Assembly: GCA_964448115.1 (NCBI GenBank)
Contig: CAYUVA010000021.1
Location: forward strand, 1 to 63,432
Source: an uncultured bacterium
GTDB taxonomy: Bacteria > CAYUVA01
Length of the DNA: 63,432 nucleotides
Direction: 5' to 3'
This document shows positions 61,419 to 63,432 of the stretch, in pieces. Below the pieces are notes generated by a model that ran no database searches, was not told the DNA's origin, and was given only the letters and a program-made list of their open reading frames with translations. Both the position numbers and the translations under genes were made by a program. Numbering within the stretch: the stretch's first letter is position 1; each line of letters begins with the position of its first letter.

Positions 61419-63432
61419 TTACTCCCACTCGCCGTGCATAACAAACGCGCCCCAGAAATACGGATGCGGATACTTAGCTCTGATCGCATCAATGGCGCCA
61501 CGAAATGAATCATATCTCGGCTTGCCAGAGCCTAGATCAGAGTAAAGACCGCTCATGAACTCGGTTGTGGTAACCGAGACGACATCCCAAAGCGATACCA
61601 GCACCGACTCTGCACCTGCATACTGAAACGCTCGCGCCAGGTTAGCAACTCCCTCGCCGCTAACCTGCTTGCCCAAGCCGGTCTTGCACGCTGAAAGAGC
61701 GACCATCTCAGAATTCAGCTTTAAGCCCAAGACCTCGCTCAGCGCCAGGAAGCCGTCATGATCGCCATTTTCTACCTGTGCCAGAATGAGCGCCGGCTCC
61801 TTGATGCCAGCAATCTCATCGCTCAGAACGCCGTGGGTGGCAAAGTGCAAGAAGCGATAGTCCGAATGATGACGGCTGCGAAAGGTGCTCTCGTTGGCAT
61901 GAACGCAGAGAAGGATATCAGGTGAACTAGGGTTCACACCCAATGAACTCGCTATCTTGAGCACCTCCTCCTTGGTGTCGGGCAGCGGGGGTAAAATGAC
62001 GGTTTCCAGCGAGCGGGTGGTGCGCAGCGGGACGCCGTACTTGGCAGACGCCACCTGGACACCGCTCTCTTTGTTGCGCTTGTAGGCGATGTAGCGCTTA
62101 TCTGTCTCGTTGAAGACCGGGTCGCCAAGCGCCAGCAGCGGCTTGCTCGCCTTGGATGCGTCCTTTGCATTGCGGGAAAGGGCGAGCACCGTACCAGACT
62201 GGTAATAGCTGATATGGCGCAACTGATACAGGTACTTGATATCCGTATAGCCAGTGAAGGTGTCATCGCCAAGCTTGAAGCTCGTCTGCTTAGCTCCACT
62301 GGCATCGACAACCAGTATCTCGAACGGCAGGGAGCCTAAGACCCCGGATGGCACGATGATCAGGTGCTTGTCAGAAGGGATGCCCTTGAGCGCATCGCCT
62401 AGAAGCAGCTTATACAGATCCTCGCCGAGCTTAGGGGAGTATTTAGCCAGCCGCGCCGGCACCAGGTAGCCCTGGTCATTTGTGCTGTCTCGCATCGGTT
62501 CCAGGTATGTCTCGACCTTCTCGGTCAGTGCCTTCTCGCCGAGCGGAATCTCGTATAGTTGAAGCGCCTTGCCCTTTTGCACTACGAAAAGGTAGGTCGC
62601 ATCCTTAGTTGTTTGGTATTCGAGCAGCACCTCGTTCTTTTTAAGTGGTATCTCGCTCAGCTTGTATGGCTGGGGATACTTGAGCGAGGCGTATTCGGGA
62701 TAATTGGCTCGCAGCTCGGCGATAAGCTTGTTCAACTCCGCCTTTTTCTTTTCGTATTGTGCTTTGTGATTCTTGAAGGTCTCCTTGCCCTTGTTGTAGG
62801 CATCCATCAGCCCGGATTCGAGGGCGGCGACCTCACCAAGCAGAGCCTGCTCCTTTTTGCGCAGCGATGAGGGGATGGCGGCATCATCCGCATAATGGAT
62901 GACTGCCTGCACCATGCCCTCTGCCATTGTGCGAGCCTTGGTTGACTCGGCGAAGAAGAAGGCGACCTCGCCGTTGGTGCTGCCCAAGACGGAAAGCTCA
63001 CTGGCAGCCTCGTCATCGCGCTGGTGGTACAGAGAGGCGACTATACCGTAGTAGGGCTGAATGCGATGCTCTGCACCGAAAAAGCCTATCTTGGCTTCCT
63101 GCTTGACCAGGCTGCGCGTGTCCTCGACAATTTTGATCGCCTTGTAGTAGGCATCCACAGCCTCTTTGTGCTTGCCCAAGCCCTGGTTCGCCCAGCCGAG
63201 CTGATAGTTGTACTGGATGTGGTATTCCGGGGCATACATGATCCCCGCCTCCATATCGGACAGCAATGTTAGAGCCTTCTTGTAATCCCCGCGATGGAGA
63301 TGGAGATGGACCATTTCAGGCTCTGATCCCGTCTCCTTGAAGCACTCCTCAGCCTTGTCGTACTTTCCTTGGGCAAGATAGACCAAGCCGATGTTGTTGA
63401 GGCTGGTGGCGATATCCTGTGGTATATCTAGC
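61419..63432 (-). CDS. TPR + CHAT (caspase-like protease) protein, truncated by the right window edge
   Basis: Frame open to the edge (ATSLNNIGLVY TPR); L.IVP.G.L..LPFE, HFATHG catalytic His, LSACKTG catalytic Cys, SLWDV, HPYFWGAF. Confidence 0.92.
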   Translation of the reverse strand, partial: LDIPQDIATSLNNIGLVYLAQGKYDKAEECFKETGSEPEMVHLHLHRGDYKKALTLLSDMEAGIMYAPEYHIQYNYQLGWANQGLGKHKEAVDAYYKAIKIVEDTRSLVKQEAKIGFFGAEHRIQPYYGIVASLYHQRDDEAASELSVLGSTNGEVAFFFAESTKARTMAEGMVQAVIHYADDAAIPSSLRKKEQALLGEVAALESGLMDAYNKGKETFKNHKAQYEKKKAELNKLIAELRANYPEYASLKYPQPYKLSEIPLKKNEVLLEYQTTKDATYLFVVQKGKALQLYEIPLGEKALTEKVETYLEPMRDSTNDQGYLVPARLAKYSPKLGEDLYKLLLGDALKGIPSDKHLIIVPSGVLGSLPFEILVVDASGAKQTSFKLGDDTFTGYTDIKYLYQLRHISYYQSGTVLALSRNAKDASKASKPLLALGDPVFNETDKRYIAYKRNKESGVQVASAKYGVPLRTTRSLETVILPPLPDTKEEVLKIASSLGVNPSSPDILLCVHANESTFRSRHHSDYRFLHFATHGVLSDEIAGIKEPALILAQVENGDHDGFLALSEVLGLKLNSEMVALSACKTGLGKQVSGEGVANLARAFQYAGAESVLVSLWDVVSVTTTEFMSGLYSDLGSGKPRYDSFRGAIDAIRAKYPHPYFWGAFVMHGEWE

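Overview
Bacterial chromosomal window with about 40 genes. Housekeeping genes: lpdA, surE, ribE-ribBA-ribH-nusB, glmS with an archaeal-type GlmU-like gene, archaeal/eukaryotic-type proS, tgt-yajC-secDF-ccmC and tRNA-Lys(CTT). Accessory content is dominated by cell-surface functions: a >2076-aa PKD-repeat protein running off the left edge (absent from the ORF track), several secreted proteins with Thr/Pro-rich linkers, and a 43.4-61.2 kb glycan locus (B12 radical SAM, two GT2, priming transferase, SGNH hydrolase, Wzz-like protein, two GT-C proteins, tandem radical SAM). A TPR-CHAT protease runs off the right edge. Three signals stand out. (1) Two unrelated large secreted proteins share a ~105-aa C-terminal domain (P-x-IMLAGY...WPYL), a candidate sorting/anchoring domain. 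(2) In an RHH-phosphodiesterase-CysC operon, the regulator and the kinase carry the same C-terminal LxxLGY tail that the phosphodiesterase lacks, and a palindrome overlaps the promoter. (3) A tandem radical SAM protein has glycan-enzyme-like coiled-coil tails and no canonical start codon. Also present: a decayed xis/int remnant at the tRNA 5' end, a 614-bp apparently exact intragenic duplication, two AT-rich foreign-looking segments and several REP-like intergenic repeat families. All calls come from motif recognition by eye; no database searches were run.
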